From IMG/VR virus record IMGVR_UViG_3300042356_001581: DNA of 64,000 nucleotides. The stretch is one strand, 5' to 3'. The stretch's first letter is position 1, and every line of letters begins with the position of its first letter. The notes under the pieces are model-generated. The model made no database searches. It had not been told where the DNA came from and worked only from the letters and a program-made list of their open reading frames with translations. Both the position numbers and the translations under genes were made by a program. Below are positions 53,840 to 63,998 of this stretch, in pieces. The DNA is from an uncultured virus (IMG/VR IMGVR_UViG_3300042356_001581) (lineage: Duplodnaviria; Heunggongvirae; Uroviricota; Caudoviricetes).

Positions 53840-54562
53840 TTACTTATTTAATTCTTTATAAGCTACATATCCAACTAAAAGTACAACAGCACCAATCCAA
53901 ACATATTTAGTGTTATCAACAGGAATTGGAGCAATTGGAGCGTCTCTTGTAACAATTATAGGTTCTTTCATTCCGCCTCCAGATGTTCCATTTGCATTAA
54001 GCAAATCATCTGAATCATCATAAGGAAGATTATTTAACGCACTATATAATTTTTTTGTTTCTTCAGCAGACATTGTGAAGCCTTTTTTATAGTGCTTCAA
54101 AACTCTTTTTAATGTACTTAAAGGGTTTGTAATAATATTAATTACTAATTTTCTATCTTGTAAATCTTTAAGCGAATTATTGCTATAATACAATTCACTA
54201 CCGTCCGTTGCAAACATTGATACTGTAAAATCAAAACGATTGATAGTTGCATTTGGATTTGATGCAAATATTTTTACTAAATCAAATGTATTTCCTTTGT
54301 AAGTAACTTTCATTCCATTTTCACTCTCCCAAATCATTTTACCCCCGTTAGAAATAAAATAATTTTTAGCTTTTGTATATTCACTAAGATTAGGAAAGAA
54401 AATATCACAATCAGATTTAAGTGGCTTTTCAGAAAAATAATCTCTCAAAACTCCACCTGCAATCCAAGATTTAATTCCATTTCTTCTTAACTCTCCAAGA
54501 ATTAAATTATTGAAGTAAACAAGCGTTAAAGCCTTATTCACATTAATAGGTTTAGTTGCCAT
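53840..54562 (-). CDS. CCA/poly(A)-polymerase-type nucleotidyltransferase head domain with C-terminal TM
   Basis: IAGGVLRDY, DCDIF, RFDFTVSMFA; tail YVWIGAVVLLVGYVAYK. Confidence 0.8.
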   Translation of the reverse strand: MATKPINVNKALTLVYFNNLILGELRRNGIKSWIAGGVLRDYFSEKPLKSDCDIFFPNLSEYTKAKNYFISNGGKMIWESENGMKVTYKGNTFDLVKIFASNPNATINRFDFTVSMFATDGSELYYSNNSLKDLQDRKLVINIITNPLSTLKRVLKHYKKGFTMSAEETKKLYSALNNLPYDDSDDLLNANGTSGGGMKEPIIVTRDAPIAPIPVDNTKYVWIGAVVLLVGYVAYKELNK

Positions 54563-54574
54563 AATTTCTATTTT

Positions 54575-55942
54575 TTAATTAGATGATTTGCTATTACCAA
54601 AGATAATATACCCTGCTAAAAAAGCACCTGCTATCATCAACAAATTTTTGTTGTTATTTTTTGCAGGAACAACTGTACCGCTATTTTGCGGAATAATTTG
54701 ATATTCATTTACACTTAAAGAAGCATCTTTACCATCGAAAAAATTATTACCTACAATGTATCCATTATAGATTTGTCCCTTTATTGCAGAGACTCTACAA
54801 GGGTCATATTGCATATTTTGAATTAATGCACCATCAGTATTACATTTCCCCCTTTTTTTATCAACCAAAGCAATTACAGATACAGGTGTGCGACCATTAT
54901 TACTTGTAGTATTTTGAATCTCTCTAGTCAAATATTCAATAGGAATATTAATTAAGCCTGTTCCTTTTCCTTTAATTTCAAGAAAATCGTTATAAGAAGG
55001 AATTTCAGTTAATCCTTTTTTAACTTTAAACTCATAATTATAAGTATTCTTTCTAATCAATCGACCTGTTACTTTTGTTCCTGAATTTATTATTAATTCA
55101 GGTGGTTGCATACATTTTGCATTTGGAGGGCAATAGCTATTTTCTCTATATTTATAATCCTTATTTAAAACAAAAGTTGCGTTTTTTTCAAGCACGACCT
55201 CGTTATCTAATTCTGGAATAATTTTTTCTGGAATAATTTTTGGGTTTATAGATATAACGTTAGGGTCTGTAGGTATCTGGAAGAATGTTTGTGACTTTGG
55301 ATTTGCACCAAAATTAATACCAGTACTAACTGTTACAGGCGTATTATCATCAACTTTTGACAAATATTCTTTTGGAATTTTAAATTCTTTTTGATTTATC
55401 ATATTTCCCGCCAAAGAAGTCCAAAAACTAACTTTAGGCGCAGTAGTATTAGGTAATATATAATTTGGATTTTCAACAACCGCTATGTTTCCTTCAAACC
55501 GAATTACATTTACTACATTGCCTTTTGAAAAAGTACCTACTTGTGGGTTTGGATTTACTGTATATGAAACATAGGGCATTATAGCTCCTGTGTTTATATT
55601 TTCACGAGGTGCTATTGCGACATTTTGCATTGCCGAAGCAATTGCTTGTTCTCGCTTTGCCATTTCAACAGCTTGTATATAACTTTCTGATGGAAGGAAA
55701 TTGTAAAAAACTGGTGGAGTATTTTCTGGTATTAATGTACTTTTTCTATGCAAAAGCAAATCATTGTACACCATATTGTCGAAAATAGGATTGTAAACTC
55801 TATAATCATAAATTAATTCATATTTACCTAATTTCTCCACTACATCTAAAATGAAAGGCGGAATTATTGATACACCCATAGTTGGTCTTATCATTGAAGA
55901 ATATTTTTGATTTTGTAAAATCAAGTTGCTTTCGTTTTCCAT
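54575..55942 (-). CDS. 455-aa protein with C-terminal TM
   Basis: Beta-rich, with Cys pairs; LLMIAGAFLAGYIIFG tail. Confidence 0.75.
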   Translation of the reverse strand: MENESNLILQNQKYSSMIRPTMGVSIIPPFILDVVEKLGKYELIYDYRVYNPIFDNMVYNDLLLHRKSTLIPENTPPVFYNFLPSESYIQAVEMAKREQAIASAMQNVAIAPRENINTGAIMPYVSYTVNPNPQVGTFSKGNVVNVIRFEGNIAVVENPNYILPNTTAPKVSFWTSLAGNMINQKEFKIPKEYLSKVDDNTPVTVSTGINFGANPKSQTFFQIPTDPNVISINPKIIPEKIIPELDNEVVLEKNATFVLNKDYKYRENSYCPPNAKCMQPPELIINSGTKVTGRLIRKNTYNYEFKVKKGLTEIPSYNDFLEIKGKGTGLINIPIEYLTREIQNTTSNNGRTPVSVIALVDKKRGKCNTDGALIQNMQYDPCRVSAIKGQIYNGYIVGNNFFDGKDASLSVNEYQIIPQNSGTVVPAKNNNKNLLMIAGAFLAGYIIFGNSKSSN

Positions 55943-55953
55943 TATTCTAATTT

Positions 55954-56739
55954 TTATCTGAATACAATATTATCTTTTTCAAAGTTATCAATAAAGTTTT
56001 TAATCTTATCGTAACGTATTTTATTCTCTTGACTTGGGTAATGTTCAAAAACTTCTAAAAACGCTTCAAAAGCCTCAATTCTTGGATAGCCAAGCCCTAA
56101 ATATATAAGTAATCCGTTTATGTCCGCTTCATTTTCATCTCTCATATCTTCGTTGACATAAAAATGACTAAACTCGTGACAAAGAATAGCGAAACGCATA
56201 GGTATTGTATAATTGTCAAATTGCCTTTTGGAAACTTGAATACGACCTGTCATTCTTGAAATTCTAGCAGGGGTTGTAAGTTCTTTTCCTCTTGCATCTA
56301 CAATTGTTGGTAAATACTCAATCATAAAACCTCCGTTATCTGACTGATAAGATTTGTTAGCTTCTAAATAAGGTGCATTAAAACAAAATCTTTGAGCAAA
56401 ATCTACAAAATAAGCAATGGTTGGGTTGTGAATATCAACCACGTCAATTCTTTTTTGTAGTGGCGTCTTATCAACGGAAACAACTTTAACATTAGTGTCT
56501 TGACTTTGAGGACTATTGCCCTTTTTATCGTCGTAAACAGAAATTACAACGCTTTTAGATGTAATTGGCATACGGACGAAAAAAGTATAGTCAGAATTAA
56601 CTGTTTTATATCTGTCAGTAAAAACGATTTTAGGTCTTTGCTCGTCATAAATTTTAATTCTAACTTTAGTAGGCATTGTTACCGCAACTTTAACTACCAA
56701 GCACATCTCTTCAAATCTTGTATCTAGCCTTAAATTCAT
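55954..56739 (-). CDS. zincin-like metalloprotease
   Basis: AILCHEFSHF...ENEAD. Confidence 0.7.
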   Translation of the reverse strand: MNLRLDTRFEEMCLVVKVAVTMPTKVRIKIYDEQRPKIVFTDRYKTVNSDYTFFVRMPITSKSVVISVYDDKKGNSPQSQDTNVKVVSVDKTPLQKRIDVVDIHNPTIAYFVDFAQRFCFNAPYLEANKSYQSDNGGFMIEYLPTIVDARGKELTTPARISRMTGRIQVSKRQFDNYTIPMRFAILCHEFSHFYVNEDMRDENEADINGLLIYLGLGYPRIEAFEAFLEVFEHYPSQENKIRYDKIKNFIDNFEKDNIVFR

Positions 56740-56740
56740 A

Positions 56741-59719
56741 CTAATTATTTTTTTTATAAATTTTATAACCTATTGCTCCAGCAACAATTAGTACTGAAAG
56801 AAAAATAAATGTCTTATTTAGACCTATAAACGTATTGTCTGGCTTTTTTTTTCCTTTGGGTGCTTCGATTCCTAAATCAATTTTTGCTTGAGTAATACTA
56901 TCTTTTATCCAAGTATCATAATTTGGTGTTCCTTGCATATTTGAAAAATTTTCAAACTTTTTATTCATCAAAAAATTACTCTTGTCTTTTTCACGTTGAA
57001 TCCAATCAGCAAAGCTTAATGTAGTTCCGCTTTCTCTCCACAAACGATTTGCGCTTTTTACTTGTGTTTCCATAATTTTTATTTTTTTGTTGTTATTGTT
57101 GTTGGAGAAGTTGCACCCGCTAATATTTGAGCATCAACTTCAAGTCTTGGTTTTAAATACCCTTTGTAGAGATAAACTAATAGTCCTACTGAAGCACCTA
57201 ACATTACTATACCTATGATTTTTTTAGTTTCCATAAGGGTGTTTTATTTTATGATTCAAGGAATTCGCCTTGTCTCTTTAATTGATTTTGTTTTTTACTT
57301 GAAATAAAAGGTTCAATAACTTGACTTACTGAATTTTTTATATTCTCAAATGGCAAGTTTTTTCTCCCTAATTCAATACCTAATACACTCGGATTAATAG
57401 GAACATCATCTATAAACACACCCGAAGTTTGACTTAATGGTGTAGTTGTGTTTTTCCTATTTTTTTTAGCACGTAAACTATGTTCTTTCCAAGCATAATA
57501 TGCAAATATACCGCCTACTACTAATAATCCGTAAAAAACTGTATTGTTTTTCATAATATTTTTTTTTAAAACAAGTATGTTGTATGCAACCTATATTACC
57601 CCTTTTACCACTTGAAAACAAAGGCTGAACACTGAAACCATATTTATTTATTTATTTATTTATTTATGCGGTTTGGCTTTTTTTCCAAGCACGACCTACA
57701 ACATAAACTAATCCGAATATAACTACTGCTGATACTCCGATATAAACCAAATTACTTGTTGTACTTGGTTTTTTATTGTCTTCATAAAAATTGCCCATTT
57801 TTTCTAAATTTTAATTGTTAATGTTTTTTTAAAGGACATTTGAGGATGGTTTTATTTCCACCCCCAAGTCCTTTACCTTTCTAAATCTGTATAGATAAAT
57901 ATTGTAAGAAATCTTTAATGTGAATTATTTCTTCACAATTCCAGATTCATCTATGTACCCTCCATCTGGTATTGAATCCAAAGTTTCTTTAGATACTACT
58001 TCGTATGGATAGTCTTTTGGATTAAGACCAAATTTAATTAAAGCATTTGTACCGTAAATTGCATATTTTTTCCCATCAATTACTTGCCAAACACTACCAT
58101 TTATGTCAGAAGCCCCTAAACTTATTGGGTAATTATTTTTTGGAATAACCCCATTTTCGAGAATTTCACTATCACTAGCAACTACTTCATTCTTTTTTTT
58201 CATTGCATAATAAGCTACGCCTAGAGCAACTAACACCCCAACTCCGATTAAAATTTTTTTGTCTTTTAAAATTTCCATTTTTTTTGTTTATATTAAATTA
58301 AAATTAAGCATAATTAGCAATACAGCGACCACCGCCACAACTTCCTTTTCTTGCTCCGTAATAATAACCACCGCTTTCACATTGCGCACAACCACCTCGT
58401 CTCCCTTGAGCATTAAAGAATCCTTCTGAATTCTTTTTAGGTTTTGGTTTTAAATAAGCAAATAACGCTATTGCACCTACGATTGCCAAACCTCCGATAA
58501 TAATTTTTTTGTTTTCCATTTTTTTTGATTTTAATTATTTTTAACTATTTTTTTTTGATTCTGCTTGTAATACTGGACTTTTCTTGCAAACTAATATTAC
58601 AATTAAAACTACTACTCCTAAAAAAATTAATCCATTTCTATTGTCTTTTGTCATTTTGCTTTATTTTATTTATAAAAATGATTTTTTTACTCTTGTGATT
58701 TTTTCCATCCTTTTCCAATAACCCACGCATATCCGTAAACTACTGCGAATGATAATGCAAGTCCTAAAACTGCTCCTACTAAATTTGGTGTTTTCATTTT
58801 TTTATTTTTTAAAATTTAATATTTATTCACAAACTCCAAATCCACTAGGACACGGTGCTTTAAAACAAGCTATTTCTACCTCTCTATATTTTTTACCCAA
58901 TTTAGCACATTCTTGTGGTGTAATACCACCAAAAAAACTTGTATTTGATTTGGTATTATAACTATTGGAATTACCTTGTGGTTGAGCATTTACCAATGCT
59001 AATGCTTCCGCTAATACTTGCGCATTTGCATCTGATTTTGCTTTGTCTTTTGTTCTTTTAACATCCGTAAAGTAAAGCCAACCTAAAAAAACCGCACCTC
59101 CAATTAGTAATAAATTTGATGTTTTCATCTTACTTTATTTTTTATGTACAATTATACTCGTAGCAACCCCACCTATTACAGCACCTATAAGACCTGCAAC
59201 ATAAATGTTTTTATTCTTCCAATAACCAATCATAAGACCTAAAACAAGTCCTGTAACCGCACCGTTTACCGATGCTTGAGTAGTAACCATAAGAATTTCT
59301 CTTTTGTCTTTACTCGCTATGTCTTTTGCTTGTGCTAAAAAATTTTGCATAATAAATATTTTTTAATTTTATTTCCTTGTAAATGCAAAAACTACAGCCC
59401 CAATCAAAACTACTCCACCAACACCTAATCCAATATAAAGAGCAGTATTACTCTTTGGTTTTTCTGTTGTGTTTGCTCGTCCTTGATTTTGTAATTCAAC
59501 TGCACGTTGATTTGCTAACGCAGTTTGATATTGTAATTCAGCCAATGCTTTTGCATCATTAGCTTGTCCTTTCGCTTGTTGCACATTCTGATTATTAACA
59601 ATCAATCCTGTTCCGACACCTACTAAAGCAGGTAAAACGCCTTTTACTATTCCTCCCCAATCCCAAGCCATATTTTTATTTTTTAAAGAGTTAGTGTAGT
59701 TACGATTTGCTCTAACCAA
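56741..59719 (-). CDS. run of small membrane proteins (56741-57073, 57079-57234, 57249-57554, 57664-57798, 57925-58278, 58304-58519, 58541-58654, 58687-58797, 58823-59128, 59135-59350, 59369-59671)
   Basis: Each has 1-2 TM helices with basic flanks; the four under 60 aa were translated by hand; 57664 and 58687 both end ...G..WKKSQ. Confidence 0.7.
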
Positions 59720-61029
59720 GAACCGTATTCTTGAGTAAAAGTTGGATTTTGATTTAAACCAATAAATACACCATCTACCAATTGGTCAAGGGTGTATTCT
59801 GGTGCAGGTGCAAGTACTTGGTTATTTACAAGAAATTCGGCAACTTCTTGTGGATATGTACCAACAGAACTACCAATAATTTTTGATAACATTTGTTCAT
59901 CTATAATCATAACTCTATTTTTTTATTTTTTAGGTCTTGCGACAAAGTATATTACAGTACCTAATACTGCAACTCCAAGTAAACTCAATAAGACAATTGA
60001 AGTTGTACTCATTCCTTTATCTTCGTCTTTTGTGTCTTCTTTTTTACCTGTAATTGGGTCAACTGAAACACCTGATTGCGCTATTATACTTTGAGACTTT
60101 GCAATTTCAGTATTTGCTTTATTTGTACTAACTGTGCCAAACAACTTAATACCATCACTTAAATATTGTGGTATGTTTGCTTTAATTTCTTGCCAAAAAG
60201 AAGGTTTAGCAGGGGCTTGAGTACTTGTTGTGGTAGAACCCGAAAAAGGAGATTTAGGTATTTCATAATCCAAAAATCCTTTAGTCGTAGATGATGTGAA
60301 ATTCATATACCCATCACCAGTCATTTTTAAATATTGAGCAGTTTGCTCAAAGCCACTCGCAATTACATTTGTAACTGCTGGGTTTGTTATGAAATCGTTC
60401 AAATCTTGGAAATAAGATTTTGATACTTTCAACAAGTTAGACATTAATTTAACAACTTGTTCGTCTGAAGCACTATTATCAACAACAATTCCGTTTTTAA
60501 CTAATAAAGCAATCATTTGGCTTTTATATGATTTTACAAGTAATACCAATGTTAATGCTCCTGTTTGAGCAGTAGGTTTTGAATTTGCCATTTTTATTTA
60601 TTTTTTTAAGATTAATGCAGTCGCTATAAACAATGCTGACACTACTAAAATAACATTTGTTTGGTTTGCCAATAAATGCGTATTTCCAGAAGCGTCATTT
60701 GGTGTAGTTGCTGGAGGTACTGGCGCAACTTTTCCGCTACCCGTTACATTAAGATAATTTAAGTGTTCATCGTTGTTGCTATTTTTGTTTTTACAACTAT
60801 CGCAATTGCAACTTCCACTTTTATCATCTTCTTTTTTAGAGAACATCTCTAAAATAATGTCTTTGTCGGGGTGGTTTTCCATAACCTTTTGCAAAGCAGG
60901 TTCACCAACCTTATCTACTAATTGGCTTAATCCCATATCAGAAGTGTTAATGACATCATAATTGAATGAATTCATTATTTTTTCTGCTACTCTTGGATTA
61001 GAATCCGCAACATATTCATATACGTTCAT
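59683..61029 (-). CDS. three putative virion proteins (59683-59910, 59923-60591, 60598-61029)
   Basis: Directly downstream of the capsid candidate; two have C-terminal TMs; 59683 resembles the helical N-domain of 59923. Confidence 0.7.
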
Positions 61030-61046
61030 AGTTTTTGATTTTAAAT

Positions 61047-61086
61047 AAAAAAGAGCAAGTAGAAATAAATCAAACTTGCTCTTTTT
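61047..61086 (-). terminator. terminator after the candidate major capsid gene
   Basis: AAAAAAGAGCAAGT...ACTTGCTCTTTTT inverted repeat. Confidence 0.8.
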
Positions 61087-61124
61087 CTAAATTATACATT
61101 AATTCGTTATACCATTTCTGATAA

Positions 61125-61820
61125 TTACGCTCTTAACTTAATGGTTTGTCCATTAGTTACTGGAGGTGTTCCGAATTGTCTGCTTACTGGTTGACCACCC
61201 AATGCTCTTGCAAGGTTGATGTTATCAGCAGGGTAGAAGTATAGTGATACTGTAGCGTTAGGTAACACTTGAGCAATAATGATTTTTGTGAAACCATCAA
61301 TACGGTAAGCATACTTCATTGCAACGATATTCGTTTGTTGCTGATAAGGGTCAATTGTAGGCACTAAGGTTTTTTGCGCCAAGTTACCATTCGCATCTCT
61401 CGTGTTTACTGACAAAGTTTGTAGAACTTGGTTAGCAGTAGCCGATTGAATATAAGTTAAACCAACTGAATAAGGATTATTCATAAATTGGTATAACATC
61501 TCTTGGTAAGTGATGTCAGGAATACCTGAACTAATTGTGATTGAACCAACAGTCAATGAACCGTTAGTGAAACCTGTACTGTTAATGAATTGGTAAGAAC
61601 CAAGTACATTAAAGTTTGCAACTGCTGACCCTGATGTAGAAGTCACGTTGATTATGTAGGGTTGAGATGTTTGAATATCTTGTTGACCCATTCCTCCGTC
61701 TGCTCTGAAGAAATCATCACCTGTGAAACTTAAATCTTGGTCGATGAATCCGTCAGCATTTGAGAAAGATTCCATTGCACTTTGACGTGCGTTTGATAAA
61801 TATCTTCTTACGTTTGACAT
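61125..61820 (-). CDS. candidate major capsid protein (beta-rich, jelly-roll-like)
   Basis: 231 aa, no TM, alternating beta-strand pattern after an acidic leader, own terminator, heads the membrane-protein block, has an in-genome paralog; the fold is inferred. Confidence 0.5.
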   Translation of the reverse strand: MSNVRRYLSNARQSAMESFSNADGFIDQDLSFTGDDFFRADGGMGQQDIQTSQPYIINVTSTSGSAVANFNVLGSYQFINSTGFTNGSLTVGSITISSGIPDITYQEMLYQFMNNPYSVGLTYIQSATANQVLQTLSVNTRDANGNLAQKTLVPTIDPYQQQTNIVAMKYAYRIDGFTKIIIAQVLPNATVSLYFYPADNINLARALGGQPVSRQFGTPPVTNGQTIKLRA

Positions 61821-61883
61821 TTTGTTTTTGTTTTAATTTATTTTACACTAATTTTTTTTAACTCGGTATATATGGACACCTAA

Positions 61884-62015
61884 TTACGCTTTTGAAGCAG
61901 TAGCAGGAGATTCAATTTTTTTTGCCAACAATGTTGTTTGAACATAATTTGCAATCAAAACACCTACAACAACAACGGCAACACTTTTCAATAAAGGAAC
62001 AATTTCGTTTTTCAT
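61884..62015 (-). CDS. small membrane protein (43 aa, not in the ORF track) upstream of the capsid candidate
   Basis: MKNEIVPLLKSVAVVVVGVLIANYVQTTLLAKKIESPATASKA. Confidence 0.7.
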   Translation of the reverse strand: MKNEIVPLLKSVAVVVVGVLIANYVQTTLLAKKIESPATASKA

Positions 62016-62182
62016 TTCAGAATGATTTTTTTGTTAAACTTATTTTTAATGATAATTATTTACAGAAATAATATCAAAGCCAAATTTATAGCATATATTG
62101 AAATCAAAATTAATTAACGCCTAGTTTATCAATAAATAATCAAGTTGTAATTATTTATTTTTAGAATGTAAAAGTAGGAAGC

Positions 62183-62208
62183 AAAAAAAAACGCACCGTA
62201 TAGGTGCG
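62183..62208 (-). terminator. terminator of the lysis cassette
   Basis: CGCACC-N5-GGTGCG with an A9 run (U tract on the minus strand). Confidence 0.75.
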
Positions 62209-62215
62209 CTTTGAA

Positions 62216-62653
62216 TTAAGGTTTTATTATCAGCAGTGCGGTAGAAGCGACCCCTAACAAAGAAAAGAACTTGTAAAGGAATGTTGTTCGCTTTTGTTTT
62301 GATAGTTCTTTTTTAAATGTTTTAGATATTTCCTCTTGCTTGGCAAACATTTCATCTTTTTTAGATATTATCAAATTCAGATTTTCTTTTTGCTTACCTA
62401 AAGTTTTAATAATACTGTCTTTTAGAATAACTTCTTTCTGTTTTAAATCTAAATTACTCCTAACTAACTTTATTTCTGCTTTACAAAAATCTCCGCTTAC
62501 AAGGTCTGTGGCTATCTTTCTTGCTATAATAGTATCTATACATACTAAGTCTGACTTAATGTCGCTACTTTTTGGTTTTGTACCTGTCTGTGAAATAACG
62601 CTCATACATACGAGCATCATAAGACTTGAACTTATCAATTTCAATTTTTTCAT
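62216..62653 (-). CDS. spanin-like or lysis accessory protein
   Basis: Signal peptide, coiled coil and C-terminal TM; overlaps the upstream gene. Confidence 0.45.
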   Translation of the reverse strand: MKKLKLISSSLMMLVCMSVISQTGTKPKSSDIKSDLVCIDTIIARKIATDLVSGDFCKAEIKLVRSNLDLKQKEVILKDSIIKTLGKQKENLNLIISKKDEMFAKQEEISKTFKKELSKQKRTTFLYKFFSLLGVASTALLIIKP

Positions 62654-62948
62654 CTTTTTTTAATTTATCTATTTTAATATTGTTTATTTTAACTACTTCG
62701 TGAATTTGATTTATTCTTATATTGAATGTGTCAATTTTTTTATCTAAAGCCTTTTCAGATTCGTAAATAGCTTTTATCTCATCTTTTAGTAGTGTAATTT
62801 CTTTTTTGATGTAGTCAACTTTTTGCGCCTCTTCACCAGTCTTAAATAAAATAAATACTTGAAAACAAAAAATAATTGCCATCAAAATGATAATGAAGTT
62901 TAACTTGTCCGATAAAATGTTTTTTAAATTTTCCATACTAACTTTCAT
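62565..62948 (-). CDS. i-spanin-like protein
   Basis: N-terminal TM plus long coiled coil, directly after the endolysin. Confidence 0.5.
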   Translation of the reverse strand: MKVSMENLKNILSDKLNFIIILMAIIFCFQVFILFKTGEEAQKVDYIKKEITLLKDEIKAIYESEKALDKKIDTFNIRINQIHEVVKINNIKIDKLKKDEKIEIDKFKSYDARMYERYFTDRYKTKK

Positions 62949-63465
62949 TTTTAGAAATTACACCGTTACTTTCGAGTTTTATGACCCTTACGTTAGTTGG
63001 TTGTTTTACCTTCCAATTTGTACGTCTAATGCTGTTTAGCCTTGATTTTTCAATGCGAGTAACATTTACCATATTTGATTGGTTTCCGCCAAGAATATGA
63101 TAGCAAACATCATCTTCTCCAACATAGATACCAACGTGTCCACCACCATTTCTTTTAAACGTGAGAATATCTCCAAGCATTGCTACTGATTGCTTTGTGC
63201 CAAACTTACTCCAATTTAAAGCCCATAAAGCTTGTTTGGGTGTTAAATTAGTTTCTACATTTGCTCTTTTACATACTTCCGCCATAGCTAAACCGCACCA
63301 AGCTATTTCATCAGAGGTGTATATTTTTTCAAGACCTAAATTTTTAGCCCAACCCATTATAATATCACTATGGATATTCCCAACGATTTCTTTAGTTCCT
63401 AAAAGCAATTTTGCTTGAACTAAAATTTGAGGAGAACTCTCTTTACTTAAATAACTGTACGACAT
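62938..63465 (-). CDS. endolysin, CHAP/NlpC-P60 (TIGR02594-like)
   Basis: DEIAWCG, GGGHVGIY, ILGGNQSN. Confidence 0.85.
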   Translation of the reverse strand: MSYSYLSKESSPQILVQAKLLLGTKEIVGNIHSDIIMGWAKNLGLEKIYTSDEIAWCGLAMAEVCKRANVETNLTPKQALWALNWSKFGTKQSVAMLGDILTFKRNGGGHVGIYVGEDDVCYHILGGNQSNMVNVTRIEKSRLNSIRRTNWKVKQPTNVRVIKLESNGVISKNES

Positions 63466-63466
63466 A

Positions 63467-63691
63467 TTATTCTACTGTTTGATTAATTTGTGAACTTCCT
63501 GTTTTTGCTTTCAAAATTCTTTCTACAATACTTGTTGCACCCTCAAGTGAAATATAGATTGAGGATATAATAACCCAATCTGAACTTTGAACATTTCCTG
63601 TAAAAAGCGCAACCGAAGCAATCATAAATACTAATAGCTTACGGCTAATCCATTTAGATTGCACTTTGTCAATAAATTCTTGTTTACTCAT
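63467..63691 (-). CDS. putative holin
   Basis: 74 aa, SRKLLV plus two TM helices, directly upstream of the endolysin. Confidence 0.65.
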   Translation of the reverse strand: MSKQEFIDKVQSKWISRKLLVFMIASVALFTGNVQSSDWVIISSIYISLEGATSIVERILKAKTGSSQINQTVE

Positions 63692-63770
63692 AACTTTAAT
63701 TTTTATTGATTAATATTCAGTTAATTAAAGCTTCTTGGTTTATATTTTTTTTTAACAAAAATAATGAAAA

Positions 63771-63998
63771 TTATCCAACATACTGTTTCATTAATAATTG
63801 AGTTTTATGTTTTAAAGCCCCCTCAAGGGTTAATGGCTTTGTGGAAACAAGTGGATTTTTAACAGTTAAAGGGACTAATAATTTCTTTTGATTAGCAATA
63901 AGGTAGGTTTCTATTATTCTTTGAAACCTTTTTCTGTCTTTTACTAAAACTTTTTCATCATCAATATCAACGTATGTAAAAACTCTTTTATCGCCCTC
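63771..63998 (-). CDS. 3' end of a CDS truncated by the window end
   Basis: Open frame EGDKRVFTYVDIDDEK...KQYVG*. Confidence 0.55.
   Translation of the reverse strand, partial: EGDKRVFTYVDIDDEKVLVKDRKRFQRIIETYLIANQKKLLVPLTVKNPLVSTKPLTLEGALKHKTQLLMKQYVG

Noticed and set aside
57641..57667. (TATT)n microsatellite
   Set aside because: Short and unremarkable in very AT-rich intergenic DNA
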